From the NCBI GenBank assembly GCA_965285935.1, contig OZ260666.1, positions 67,456,001 through 67,520,000 on the forward strand: a stretch of 64,000 bases of DNA, read 5' to 3'. The stretch comes from Ophelia neglecta. Lineage: Eukaryota. Below are positions 37,644-51,463 of the stretch, piece by piece. The notes under the pieces were generated by a model. The model was not told the DNA's origin and did not search any database. It saw only the letters and a program-made list of their open reading frames with translations. How positions within the stretch are numbered: position 1 is the stretch's first letter; each line of letters starts with the position of its first letter. The position numbers and the translations under genes are program-made.

Positions 37644-40600
37644 TGTAAATAAATAAATCATATTATTTCGATACATTCAGAAGCGAGGTAAAGTGAAGTC
37701 ATAGCCAATTAATCTTAAAATGAACAATACTGAACTTTGTAGCAAAGAAATCGCATTTGCCGACACCGCCGGTTGATTACTAGGCGCGACGTAATGTAAA
37801 TATACCATAATATCGCCCGCGCTACCTTCGAACGGCTACTATAAAATCCGCATGAAATCTCCGTTATTTAAGCCAAAACGGCTCTCTGGTCTAAGTTATG
37901 TCATGACTATAAGGTATCAGACCATATGATATCAAGAATAGTTTAATAAATGATACCTGCTTAACTAGAAACTGTGTTTAATTCCGAACGATTTCAAGCC
38001 GCACCTGCATTGCATTCACGCTAGTCTGGTATGGCCGAAGCAAATGTTTGCCCAGGCCGAGTGTCGCGTAGCAACAACGAGCGGTGTGGACCGCGCACTG
38101 AAAAAGGCTTATTCTGGATAAGTTTAACCTATAGCAACCACCAAGCAAGAGTATAACATTACATAAACACCTGGAGTCAGGACCTTCATATATGACCTTG
38201 AACAACCTGCAGACTCTAGCCATTATCTGGCGAATCACAACATATAAAAATAGACATGTACTGTTTAGATAATGTTTGGAGACATGCAAAAAGTCTGATC
38301 AGGAATGTTTACTTGCAGATATATCATTGATGTAAGGTGGGGATCAGTCTGGATTGGGAGGGACACAACAGGAAACTGTTAGGCTGGGAATTAAAACGTG
38401 CAGGCCTTACTATAATGGTACATGTATATGATATTGGGTTGGGAGGAGGGGTGCTGATTTAGGTCTGGCCAGAAACCCCCATTTAGGATACATGTGGGTT
38501 TATATGACCCTTTGATTAAGAAGGGGAGTTGTGGGGGAGGGTGGGAGGGACATCCTCCCTGACTCCAATAGAGATTTAAAAAAAGTTAACAACAGAAAGT
38601 AATATTGGATCAATACTGTTAACCAGAATAATTTGGCGGCTTGGAATTGTGGCAGAGATTGCCTTGGGATATTTTGATGGCAGAAAATTCAGCCATTCAC
38701 ATCCTGCACGCAAAAATTTCCTGCTTAAAGTGGATGAAGACCTTTTTTTAATTGATTATAACGAAAGTGCTTCACCCATGTTGTCACATGCTGTAATAAG
38801 AGGAACCACTTCATAGGCCAATGTACAGTGTTGACTATTGGAGTCTTTTAATAGGGAGAGGTAAGGATGGGTTAGGATGGAGGGTACCATACACCCTCCC
38901 TGACATAAGATGCTCCCAAGAGCAGCAATCCTGAAAGGGAAGGGGTGCGACTCTCCCCAGCCCCCCCCCCCCACCCCCACCCCTTCTGCATCAGCCGCCA
39001 TCAGAGATCCCCACCCTAATGTGACATCAACCCCACCCCTAGATCTGGATGCTTGAAACTATCCATTTGCATATGAATAATGGCAAACTGGTAGTTTAGA
39101 CAGGTAAACTGCAAGATGCTTTACATGTAAGATGCATTGGCAATCCTATACGAGTATATATATACATATATATATAAAATATGTGGTTTACCGGTAATTG
39201 TATTTTGATACTTATTAAAACAGTTCTGTTGCTGGTGAGAAAATAAGAGTTATTTTCTTTATTATACTGTACCATAATCAATAAGTGGTAAAGATATGGA
39301 ATGTACTTGACATTGTTTATGTTGAACTTGTCTAACTTGTCCCTATGGCCTTATCCAAGGGTCAGAACTTCTAGAAGCTTTATAATGATCTTCAAGTACA
39401 CAAGTATGTGTTCATACAGGCTAGTCAGGCAGGACAGAAAGGAAATCTTGGTAGTAAAATTCCGCTGAGGTGGCTTACCTGACTTAAAACTCTTCAAACT
39501 GGTGTAAATCGTGTGTTTAACATTACAGGGTGTGAATTGTATAGGATAGTGATGACTGGTGACTATGTAGATCTTTCCTGTTTGATGAATTAAAAACTTT
39601 GTCCCCTATTCTTGATTTTTTGTACCCATCTCAAAAATATGTCTCCAATATTGCTACCAGTGATCTATGATTATTGCTTATATAAAAACTGATGTTTTTC
39701 ATGGAAAATGTTAAAGCTTAAAGCTGTTACCATTGGACAAGATGTCTGTCAACAATGTACTAAGCCGATTTTTTCTTAGTATTTTAACCTGCTTTTGTAA
39801 TATAGCTGCAGATTAGTTTCGATTTCAAATTTATAAAAATATTTGTTTTGCAGTTGTGAGTAGGTGTCAAGCCATGTGTGGAAATCAAAACACTGTCACT
39901 TGTTAAATGATTCCCTTCATGAAAATACCTCATTAATGGTAGACAATAATTGATTATAATAATAAACTTTTAATGATGCTGTTATGATCCAATGATATAT
40001 GCTTAGCAGATAATAATAACTTCCCTAGAAAAAGATAAAAACATGATATTACTGTTGTTAAATATGAAATGGTATATTGAAAGTTTTAGCACTAGTATTT
40101 TGACTGGCAGAATTTAGCATTTATCAAAAATGGTTCATCACTGCTGGAATATGAAAATTATTGACTGGAATCTATGTTTATATCCTCATCAATAGTTATG
40201 AAATAGATACCCCCTAATAATCCTACCCATTACAATATTTAAAACTCTCAGCATGGATATTTGCATGTACATGTACATGTAGGTATGTACATGTATGAAT
40301 GCAGTGAGTGCTGTATACAGTATGTTGTCTGATTTGTACAAAAGTACAATTAACAGTCAATTTAACAATCATGGCCCTTGTGAGTGTGGATCTGAAAAAA
40401 TGGGCATTTGCTACGTTTGACCAGGGCCAAATAACCAATAAACCAGTTACTGGGAAGAGTAACATAAATATGGAAGCCTGTGGAGGGGGCCACTATGATA
40501 ATCAGTGTCTATTCTAAGAGTTTTATTGCTAACAGAGCTATGGGCATAGCTACGAGCATCGCTATTGGCTGGACTAAGATGGTTCTAGGAAAGCATAACT

Positions 40601-43600
40601 GGACGAACCACTAACGAAGAATTCTAGTCTAAATAATTGAAGATCAACTGGTAGGAGAGCTGTGTATCATTTATTGTCATATGATACATATAGGGATATA
40701 TTCTACTCTATTTAAAAACATATAGCGATGCACATTCATTACATGTGGCAAAGAAGATAAAAAAAAGAAGGATTTACTGTGAACAGATGTTACATGATAC
40801 TACTTTCATTTGAGGTAGCTGGCCAGGAAATTTGTGATCAAAAGTTATTCAAAAAATCAGCTCTGCTTTTTCTAACAGCAAATGTTAACTATGAAGATTT
40901 GAGTAAAGTTACATGTGTCCTTACGATTTTCCTACCAGTTTTAAGTGGTTTTATCAGGCCAAGAGTGGTATCCACTTATCACACTGTACATATCTGTAGG
41001 CTGTTTTTTGATACCAGTGGCGTGTCGCAGTTAAATGCCGGATATATTGTGACATATCAATTCACCTCTAGATGGTTGTGGTAGTTTTTTTTATCTTCAA
41101 GGTTCTGTTCTGCTAGTGTTACTTGGTTTGGGATCACCAACCAATAAAACTATATTGTGCATATTGTTGTAATATTATATAATTTATTATTTTATTTTAT
41201 TACACATCAGTTGCCCAATTTCTCTTGCACAAACTCTATAGGGTTGTCATAAGTTTACCTTGATTAAACAACATATTTTCTGCAATTAATGATTATGTTA
41301 AATAAATGCCCACCCCCAACACAATATTCTGTTTTTATACACACATGTACTGTCAAGGCGTAATGCGAACCCTGAGAATATTGACACTTTTCTTTAAGCA
41401 TACAAGATAAAAACAATCCACTTTCATTTTAAAACTCTGATACCTGCAAAATGGTGGCATATGTCTAGCAATCTGTTAATAAAATCCAAAACATCTTTGA
41501 AATGAAAAGTATCCATTTGAATAAGGTATACTCATAGCTGTTTTGGGAATTTTTTTCAACACCTCATACGATGTCTGGTCTTGTAGACTGGTCGATGATC
41601 TATTACAATCATATCTCCCTTTAAAACAATCTGGTTTTGCCTCAGCTAAACAATTTCCCTACTAATAAATAAGGTTTCCCTCTTGAGGTATATAATTGTT
41701 AGAATGTGCTAGAACCTTCAATGTACATCAAAATGAATCACACTCACACCAAATAGTTGAAGGGACCAATGTGCAAACACCTGTTACTTATAAAAGGTGT
41801 GTGGGCAATGTAAAATCTTAGTGTCATGATGAACTAATTTAGTTTAAGTGAATCAAAAATCACAGAATGGAATTAAAGAGGATATTTACCATTAAAAACT
41901 CCTTTTTTTCAATCATATTTGGAGAGCTTTTTTGGAAGCTTTAATACATACATGTACATCATAGCATGACATACCTGAAAGATTTTTCCTGATAATATAG
42001 TAAGATATTGCATGCATCTAAACATTCAAGCCACGACATTACTACCATACATGAATATGATATTGTGGATTTCTGTGATATATTGCTGTAGTCATCTCCC
42101 ATTGCATAAGCTCAGTTGGTTTTGTGAGAGAGATAATGCCTTGATGTCATAAAATATTTGTTGCCATTCGAAATTTTTCCTTATTCAGCCCTGTTCTTAG
42201 AATTTTATCAGTAGCCATTGTGCTTTAATCAGTGGCGTTCTTATTCGGGCTCTTAATGCTGAAAAGCATGTGACAAGACATTTAGACTAGTTGGTGATCA
42301 GCCAATCCTGGGATGTGGTGTCATAACCTGAAAAGTAAATAGTATGGCCTAAGCATGTTTTATTCAAGGCCTTTGAACTACTTGGGTTTAGGAAAGGAAC
42401 ACTCCTAGTGATGTATGCAACCAGAAAGTGTCATAAGATTGGACACAGCTAGCCAGGGTAATGGTAAGTGGTGACTGAGTTTATAGATTTTATTGTGCCC
42501 TGTAGCCATGCCATTGATAAAAAAATCCTGTGGCATGTTTTACTTGAATACTTTTTGCATTCATTTGTGTACTTAATATAGTGATATATTCAGTAACCCT
42601 GATCAAAGGCTTGTACTTCATACAGTTGATTAAAATGTACATTTGTTAATTCTTATAGAATAGTCAATCTTAAAGCATTTTAAACATTGAAAATTATGCA
42701 TAAGCTGTAAACATAGCTGTTGCTTAACATGTACTAAGCAGGATCAGATGAATAAATAAATGAAAAAAAAATTCTGTACCATCTAAGCATATGCCTGGTG
42801 AAAATTAAAAACAGTCACAAGATAATCATGTTAATTCCATAGATTGAAACTATAAAGAGTGATAAGGCTAAGGTTATTGACAGGGTCACTATTCATTTAT
42901 TATCCTCATAATAAAAACAATCACATGAGTCCAAATGTACAGGTATGTGTTAATCCTTTTTGACCCCCAAGTGTTCAATGCTGTGATCATGTCTTGGAAC
43001 ATAAAGTGTTTATTAGCGTTCAGGTCACCTACAAATCAGCATGATCTGGAGAGGGTTAAATTCTTAAAGTCAGGAAAAACGTTAGAGCATTTTATTATTC
43101 ATTCAAATTTGTGTCTGAAGTGGCTACTCCTCTGATTTCATGGCTTTCCTGTCCTCTTTCATATACATTTGGGACAGGAACATGGGTATTTGACAAAACT
43201 GGGTTTAGTTTTGTCTGAATCATTGCTTAGTCTCTCACTGGAAAATACCAATGGATCCCAAGAAGACACTATGATCAGGTTTTTTTTAGCAAGGCAATAG
43301 TTTAGTACGTACACAAAAGTCAGTAAATAACATTACTGTTGCAGGGTTATTGTTTTTTTCCATGCCGTGCAGCGGTGCTGGGCTGCCTCTATGGTGTAGG
43401 CAGAGCACCGCTTATCAGTTATGGTTAGGGGAGGTTATCTGCATTGCATTGAAGCATGTCAGGTGGGTATTGGTGGTGCTTAACATGTGGAGTTCACATA
43501 AAAAATATTTACTGCGAACAAGGTGTTTGGTATGAGAAGATTTATTTATGGTAAATTAAAATATTACATTCATTGGACCAATTTTACATTTACCTATGGT

Positions 43601-44654
43601 TGAATGATAAGTATGTCTGAGCCTTGGCCAAATTCTGGGAACAGAAAATTATTATCCAGCATTGGTTTCTCAAAATGAAGTTAAATCAGGTTTTTCAGGC
43701 TCAAGGGGCTGGGTGTTTGGGTTTAGTTTTAAATTACCAGTGTGTGAAAAGTAGATTTTGTGTCCTTTGAACCAGTAACATCAATTCCACCTATGACTGA
43801 ACAATCATGAATACAGAAGCCCTGAGGTAAATGAATGGAATTAATAAACAGGATGAAATGTCCTGTTACAGTACACATTGCCCTTAATGTGCTGAAAAAG
43901 TGGATGTCAAATAGGTTGTGAATGATCAATATTCATTTGTTGCATAAAAACAGGCTGTACTTGGTCCTGTTCTAGGCTGGTCTGTACATTCTTGGCTGTG
44001 GCCATTTTGGCATTGGCATTCTATTAATAGATGACTAGGTCCAAGTACAAGGCCCTATCAGTTCAGAAGAACACCGAATCCCCTTGTTTTACTGCCTGAT
44101 TGCAGAGTCTTAGCTTGACTTAGCTTTACTTCTTCGTGGTCACAAAGATCCCTCTTTTTTAAAGGTACCAAATGCTGAAAGCAAGAATGATCAGACCAGC
44201 AGCACTTATCTACATGAAAAAACCTGTATTCTACTTTCTTTGAGGTTGAGACTTGAGAATATAGTTTGGTGCATACGTATAAGTTCATATAGTTTTTATT
44301 TAAGCTGTGAATGGCCTCCTATAATCATCAGCATCTTCTTTGGAAATTAACTCATCTGTTAACTGATGATAAAAGACGCTCCCCTAGTTTTAGAGTAAGC
44401 TTAGGCCATAGCTTATTTTTGGAGTTTTTATTATTATAAGGGAATGTATCCCAAGTTTGGCAAAAATTCATTCTTTTCTCGAAATGTAAAAAGAAAAAAG
44501 CATGTCTTCTATTAGATCAAATATGGTAGGTTTTATCGATGTACCAGTTATATTCATATGTACCAGCATCTGCTCACATTATATTATACCATCAGACAAA
44601 TACAGCCACTTTTAATTTATTTCCAAGTATCCATCTTTAACTTCAGGCTGGTTA

Positions 44655-44838
44655 TAAATACATGTCCGTTTTCGCTTCTGGTTTTAAGACACCCTGTATG
44701 TAGTAAATACATTTCTCTTTTTGCCTCTGGCTTTTAGGCACCCTGTATGTAGTAAATACATTTCTCTTTTTGCCTCTGGCTTTTAAGCACCCTGTATGTA
44801 GTAAATACATGTCTGCCTTTGCCCCTGGCTTTAAGGCA
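44655..44838. repeat. 49-bp minisatellite, ~4 copies
   Basis: caccctgtatgtagtaaatacat at 44690, 44739, 44788. Confidence 0.9.
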
Positions 44839-47800
44839 TTACATCTTTAAGTTATGACTGGGGTACAGGTATTTATTATCACTATCCTTGGAGGCGTAAG
44901 TCCTGGGCAAACATTGAATACCAAGTTTAGATTTACCAAACATCACTATGCTATCCTGCCATTGCCGACAGCCTTTGTTATAAAATTCATACGTCTTTTC
45001 CTGACAAATTAGTGTATAGTAAAATGATTTAATATAACATCAGCTACAAGAGCTGGTCACAGGTTAACTTGCCATCCAATTGGCTTCACAAATTTATTAT
45101 TTTCACTTTACAGGATGTCATGTAGTCAGTTGTGAATTAATACTTTACAAACAGTGAAATATGATGAATATGATTTACATGTTGGCGCCCTTGTGGGGGA
45201 AATAAGTCTTATCCCATAGCAATTTGGGGTCATGTGATATTATGATCTATAATAATGAACTGTTAAACTGCTATTTAGCACCAGGTAAAACTGAATTGGT
45301 GGTTATGGTCAGGTGTAGTTACCCACAGTGAGTCAGGATGCAATATAACATCTGGCTCTAACAGACACAGACATGACCAGTATTGTCCAAGGGAAAAGTA
45401 TTGCCCTGGATATTGTGACCTATATAAATGTGAGAGGGGGGGGGGAGGCAGAATCGGGAATTATGAGCAGCGTGATAGGTTTTTTTTTAGGGAATCTTAT
45501 GATGACAAATCTTATGTTAATCAAGTACATGTCTATGGATATTGTCAAAAAGTATATTTTGCAGGGAAATTGATCAATCTCCCAGAGTAGGCCAGACTAT
45601 ATGTATAATGAATTCACCTAACAACAATGTTTTCCCCAATCATGCTCTAAATGACCCTGCTGTTCCAGATCATATCTGATATAATTGATCATTGAAGGTT
45701 TCAGTGTCTTGTTTAGTGCTGCAATTTTGAAGTAAAAAAAGAAGAGAAAAAGGCAATTCTCAGACAATCTTGGAAACAAAATCTATGTTTTTTTTTAGAA
45801 ATTAGCTAGTATACTTTTCCCATTAGTGTCGTTCCTTGTCAAAAGTCAATGTTATATAACCATTCCTTTGGATATATCAAGGCCATGTTAGAAGTAACAG
45901 TATAATGTTAAAAGCATATTCATAGAATGTCAAATAAGTTTGAAGGTCATTCAGACAGATAGGTGGAGGATTGATATAAAAACAAGGAGCTAGAAATGTG
46001 TAGGTTAAATAAGGAATTGGTGGAGCAGCAGACATTTGATCCTCTCCCCTAACCCCCACCCCTCTTGAATGGAATTCATAATGGTGCAATTTTTGCAGCC
46101 CTTAGTCATGGTAAAACAACAGCCTAGGAGTTATGATTTAAACTAGCTACATGTACCCAAGTAGTATTCTTTGTAATAAATGCCTATGCCTTAATAGGGG
46201 CCCACCCTACCTTTTTCTGTACAGCTCTGTCCATTTTGATCCCTTTCACTATGTTTTAGGGGGTTTTGAGCATAAAAATGACACAAATATTTTAGAAAGT
46301 ATACAATACACCTCTTTTATTTTTTCTTATACCTAGCAATCACCAGTTATGTACTGATACCTTTGTGCTGTTGACTGGAGGCACATATTAATGCTGAATC
46401 TAAAAAATCCTGCTTGCTGCTATGAACTTCATAACTGTTAGTTAATAGGGCTAGTAGGCAGTAGTGAAAACTATGGAAAATTTGGAAGGAAGCCAGCCGA
46501 AATACCTCCGTCCTTTATGATCCATTTGAATAAAGTCTACTTGCATCATGTATGCAGTCTTTCATATATTTTACATCTCCAAGAATACAAATGAAAAAAA
46601 ATGATATAGAAGGAAGTTTATGTTACAACACACCCATCAGGGTGAAAGAGAGGGTGGTAATGATTAGGTAACTCGGGGATATATATGGAATCAACTTTGT
46701 TGTGAAAGAACATATGCAATTATCACTGTGTCATTCTGGTGAAATCTTTGCTAATCACTAATTGCCAAGCAGCAGTCTCACCATCATATGATGAAGGTTT
46801 CTTTGAGTGTTATAACAAACCAGTGGGAGGAATCACATTTGATTACAATGTACAATCAACCTTCATTGACAAGTGTAAATAAACTACCCACATAGAAGTG
46901 TCATAGAAATTTCTTCGAACAGTTTTGGAGTGGGTGGACAGAGGTTTAGTGGGCCCACCTTTTCTTTTTGGTTGTTCTCTTGAGTGATGTGAGGACTTGT
47001 GACGAGTTTTCTCCCTGAGAATGGGCTTAATACCAGGTCTCGAAGCCCCTGGCAAGGCAATCCCATTCCCCCGCCCCCTCCCCCTGCCCCCCCCCTCCCC
47101 CGTGCCCCTCTATCAAGTATAAAATTATCCTCTGTTTTTTTTTTACAAATCAGGGGTTCAAACTATTGAATAAGCTGCTAGATATCTTTTTCTCATTGTC
47201 TGTAGGCTATTTGATACAGCAGACTGAAAAGACATCTGTTACTGCCAATGAAGATTTTGCCTCATTCCCTTGTCAACTGCCCAATGGCTGCTGCACTGTA
47301 CTGCCTCTCCCATGCATTTGGTACATCGTATACATGTGTGTGTAAGAAGTAATATATGTCTTCCATGAATATCACCTTGGCACACCATGTCTAGACACAT
47401 GCTTGATTAATTAAAGTTGTAATACCCAAACCAGATAAGGTTTAGAGCTAACAAGGGTCATGTTTCCTGGGTATGAGAGCTAGCTTGTCTTGTGGCTTGC
47501 TTGCCCCATTGGGTCATGGTGTAGATACTTCATAGTCCTTATAGGAAAAATCAATGTGTACCAGCTGTTCACCAACATTTGTGAAGTAGGTGTATGGAAT
47601 CCCAAATCTATGGTTGTCCACTGGGTCCCAGGTGATGTGTTAGAGTAAGCAGCCATTAATCTTTCTGAGTTTGCATAGTAATACTTATTCTGATTTAATT
47701 TACCTGTTTGGCCAAATTACTTAGTTTCATGGCCATTAAATAGTGCAATGAATTCCATATAGAACTAATAAATGTCACTGGTCCCTGCAATAAATGTCGA

Positions 47801-50354
47801 AATTAATACCTAGGGTGTTTTTTTGATGGGTAACAGTGCAGAAACGGAAAGGTTTGCCATCTGATAGAAATTTTATTTTACTAATGGAAGTAATTGTTAG
47901 AAAGGAGAATTGTTTTTTGAAGAAATAAATTCCTAAGAATCATAACCACTTTTAGTATATGGACAGCTATATTTGTAAAATTAGACACATGCAAATTGTA
48001 AAACAAATTAGTGAAGGAAATTGCATAAATGTCTTCCCCTAAGATATATGATGTGTAGTCCGGTGTCTCAGTCCCCCACAGAGAGAATATATAGATAGTA
48101 GACATCTTAATAACATAAAGATACCATTGATTTTCATTAATAACTTACTACAAATAATTGAATGAATATGATGAAAACTGTTGTTCTCTCTGTGTGCAGA
48201 ATAACCCTACTGTGGAAATAATGGCTTTAATGAAAATGTCTGTGTCAGTTTTCACATTTCTCTTGTGTTTATAGTCACTTGCCTTTGTGAATATTCATCG
48301 GTAAGGTTGTCATAGCAACCACTATAACTAGGCCTTCTTTTAGTTATGTACTGGTGTGCATGTTCAAAATATAATACAATCAAAATATTAAGGACAAATT
48401 CAAGTGTAAGATTGAGTTGACATATATCACCAGATAAGGCAAACAAACAAGCGGAGATACATTACCCAGCATTCATCATATTATTGTTTGGTATTTGTGA
48501 CACAACGGTGTAGAGACTCACACGTAGGCATTGTATTCCATCTATAAACGGGTCAAGGTAAAGGTATACCTTCCCTTTATAGCAGAGTACACAGCTCCGT
48601 TCTCTTCGCCTGTAGCACTCTGCTGAAATCCGTCAATAGGGAATTCCCATATATAATTTGCATACGAGGCGACCTCAAGTGACCTCTTACTGACCCAGCA
48701 TATATATTTCTGGTAATAGTCAACCAGTACAGCCACGTTCTCCACCCGTCTACCATCCAAAGTGTGAAGAGCCCAAATGACCTTGAAAAATCCTGCCTTA
48801 AGTATCAAGGTCATATAAGGTTTAATGAAGGGCAGAGGTGACAGCAGGTTATCTGAAGGTTAAAGTGCAGGGACCTAGGGACCATTTGAATAGATAGGAT
48901 ATATAAACTAAGGGTGCAGAGTAATTGAGTTAATGTCAAATTCAAACATCCTTCAGTGTGCATTGGGAAAGAATACCGGTAACAGTTATGATAAATCACT
49001 CTTTTGACTACATGACTCTTGTCTGCAGGCCTAATGTGGATTTATTTCAATAAAATACAGATCTAACATGTGTGTACTGTTTGGTTTTATTAGCTGAAGG
49101 GTTTCGCATTCAGTACACAAACTCATATGACTTCCGAGAGATAGTCACAGTGAATATATACAGTCTCTAGACTGACTGGTTAGTTGCTATCTTATATCAC
49201 ATGGGGATTCAAACAAGCTCATTGTCATTGTGTTGGGACTTTCTGATTTCCTTATTAGGTCATTTTATATACATGTATGTGCTATAAAGCCCATGAATAG
49301 CTTTCTAGCCTTTGGTAAAAAAACGTTCACCCGTAACATTTCTAGTAAGGTAAGTTGCCAGTGTCTAGCGTTTTTTCTGCAGTAGCCAGATACAGGCTAC
49401 AATGATCTGTGTACCTGTAACCACTAGTTACTGTAATATATTTAGATAGGACCAGGGAGGGGGGGGTTCTGTAAGGTGTACCCAAAATATGGTGTGACGG
49501 CATGTGAAATATTCCCGGCATATGACGATGAGCTTGGCTGTAAATAGGTCATGGTTTAACCATCTTTGTATTTTTTTTTGCGTCATATTAAGTTAACAGT
49601 AGGTATTGTCGTCCAGTGCCCAGTGAATTACCATGGCTATTGTCTATGACTGTCCTTGAAGGACTGCTAGTCTGTAAACAGATTGTGGTTTTACCATCCT
49701 TATGTTGTGAGCGCCAAATCACTGGCAGGGTATGTTGCCAGTCAGCACATCTCCCTCCTACGCTGTGCACTGAACCACTGGGCTGGCAGCTTTCATTTCT
49801 AAGCCAGACGTCAAGGGAGGAACATCAGATCAGTTTGGTATAGGAAATGTAAAAAGAAATGGAGGCAGTGTCAAGCCAGGGCTTAGGAAATATGGAGATT
49901 TATTTTGGTAATATAACATGTCTATATACTGGATTAAGTTCTTAACAGTGAAATGTCTACTGGACTAGCGGAGGACAGTTGCTCCAGTCAGGGATCTTTA
50001 CTAAATGAATTGAATCTGTTCATCAGCATTTATTTCAAATTGAATATACATAGGATTGTATTATATTATATTTACACACATGTCTTTTTTTTCGTTGTAC
50101 ATGTTTATTTGCTTCTTTGTACGTGACTGTAGACATTTTGTGTCATTGTGGCACCTAATATAATGGAAGATAAGGACTTCCTCATTTCCAGTATGTGATA
50201 AAACCGGCTAGATGACTAGCATGGTGACGCTTGAGCCATTGGATATCTTTGTTAGTTTATCTTGCTTAATATTGCTTTTGGATGAAAAGACTTATTTCAA
50301 ACCATACTTGTTGGCTGCAGGAAGATGGAACTGTTATCAGTTGTGCTGCCCTAT

Positions 50355-51311
50355 AGATTGAAGAAGCTCTGACGTCAGCTGCGCGTCAGAACGTGGCAAC
50401 GACCTGACGACGGGCTTCTGTGGGTATACACAGTTTTTTCAAGATGGCGGTGAAAAGCGTTTCGTGTATAGCGGCGTTCTTTGCCGGCGAAGAAAAACTG
50501 ATTAAGAAAAGGGAAAATGCGTACAAGTCTAAGCGATTAGAAAGATTTACCTATGATGGTTCGCGTGCATCACATTTCAGCTCGGGCCAAAGCCAGCTTC
50601 GTACGAAAGAACGGCAAGTTTGTCGTACCGTGTGCGTAAGATCTTAAATCCCCCATATTTACGCCTGTTCGCTAAACGGCTTATTTTTTATTGTGACTAG
50701 TACTAGTGGTGTATAAGGACTTTACAAGTTATGTTATGTATAAGTAATATTATTGGGGCCTTATTATTTCAGAAAATTGGGTGTCATATTGTTTATGTAA
50801 GTGTATTAATGAATTGCAATGTCACAATGGTAATGTGTGAATTTCTGACCAGGGTTCTTGTAATTAATTGCACAAGCGTAGTCATGCAAATGTGACATGA
50901 GGAGGATGCACTAAATCTAAATTGCCTACCCAATTGCAATTTCATAAAACCTATTTTCTCATAGACTTACATGTATTAAGCTTTTAATATTAAATAATGT
51001 CTCGCAGCTTGTCCTAACAGGTAGGAAACCGAATAAATCGGCAGATCTCTCGCTGGCTTTGGTGGTTGCAGAAGGGCGGAAAACACTGCACAAATGCTAT
51101 AATCGCCTTAATCAGAGCTTTCGGTTTCCACAAATGTAGAAATCAGTCAGAATCACGCATAAATACTGGACTAAAACACAAAATCATCGGAGCTGATATT
51201 ACGACCGTGTACTTTAACATGTACCCAACATGGCGGCAATGATTGTTTGTCTCCAGCGGGAGCAGTAACTAACAATATCACGTGATAAGTGACGTCATCC
51301 TTCTTCAATCT
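50355..51311. mobile_element. Internally deleted ISL2EU-type (Harbinger-related) DNA transposon
   Basis: TIRs agattgaagaag..tgacgtca, AT on both flanks. + strand ORF start MAVKSVSCIAAFFAGEEKLIKKRENAYKS resembles the ISL2EU SWIM/YqaJ ORF N-terminus. Convergent - strand THAP start VQCFPPFCNHQSQREICRFIRFP at 51091-51000. Confidence 0.78.
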
Positions 51312-51314
51312 ATA

Positions 51315-51463
51315 CACTGTGTTCACTTTATCACTATCTACAGATGAGGTCAGGTATTATAATCTGACTCTGAACCCCTTGAAGTAGACCCTCCTCTCCA
51401 CGGATTGCCTGTATGAGCCACTGGCCAGAGGGCAACTGTGACGAGGAAGGTCCACTTCAAGGG
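51315..51463. mobile_element. Palindromic MITE copy, left arm interrupted by the ISL2EU element
   Basis: Stem cccttgaagtagaccctcctc / gaggaaggtccacttcaaggg; homologous to 59955-60193 and 8390-8490. Confidence 0.65.

Larger units (their letters stand above)
36659..38051. repeat. Long inverted repeat (foldback) made of two convergent 5' ends of a THAP-encoding transposon
   Basis: Arms ~36659-37257 and ~37522-38051; about 94% identical over a 180-bp stretch compared by eye. Confidence 0.9.

Noticed and set aside
48550-48790. Possible degenerate SINE (ggtaaaggt tail; weak 5S-like ccatccaaagt segment)
   Set aside because: Similarity is too weak to support without a search
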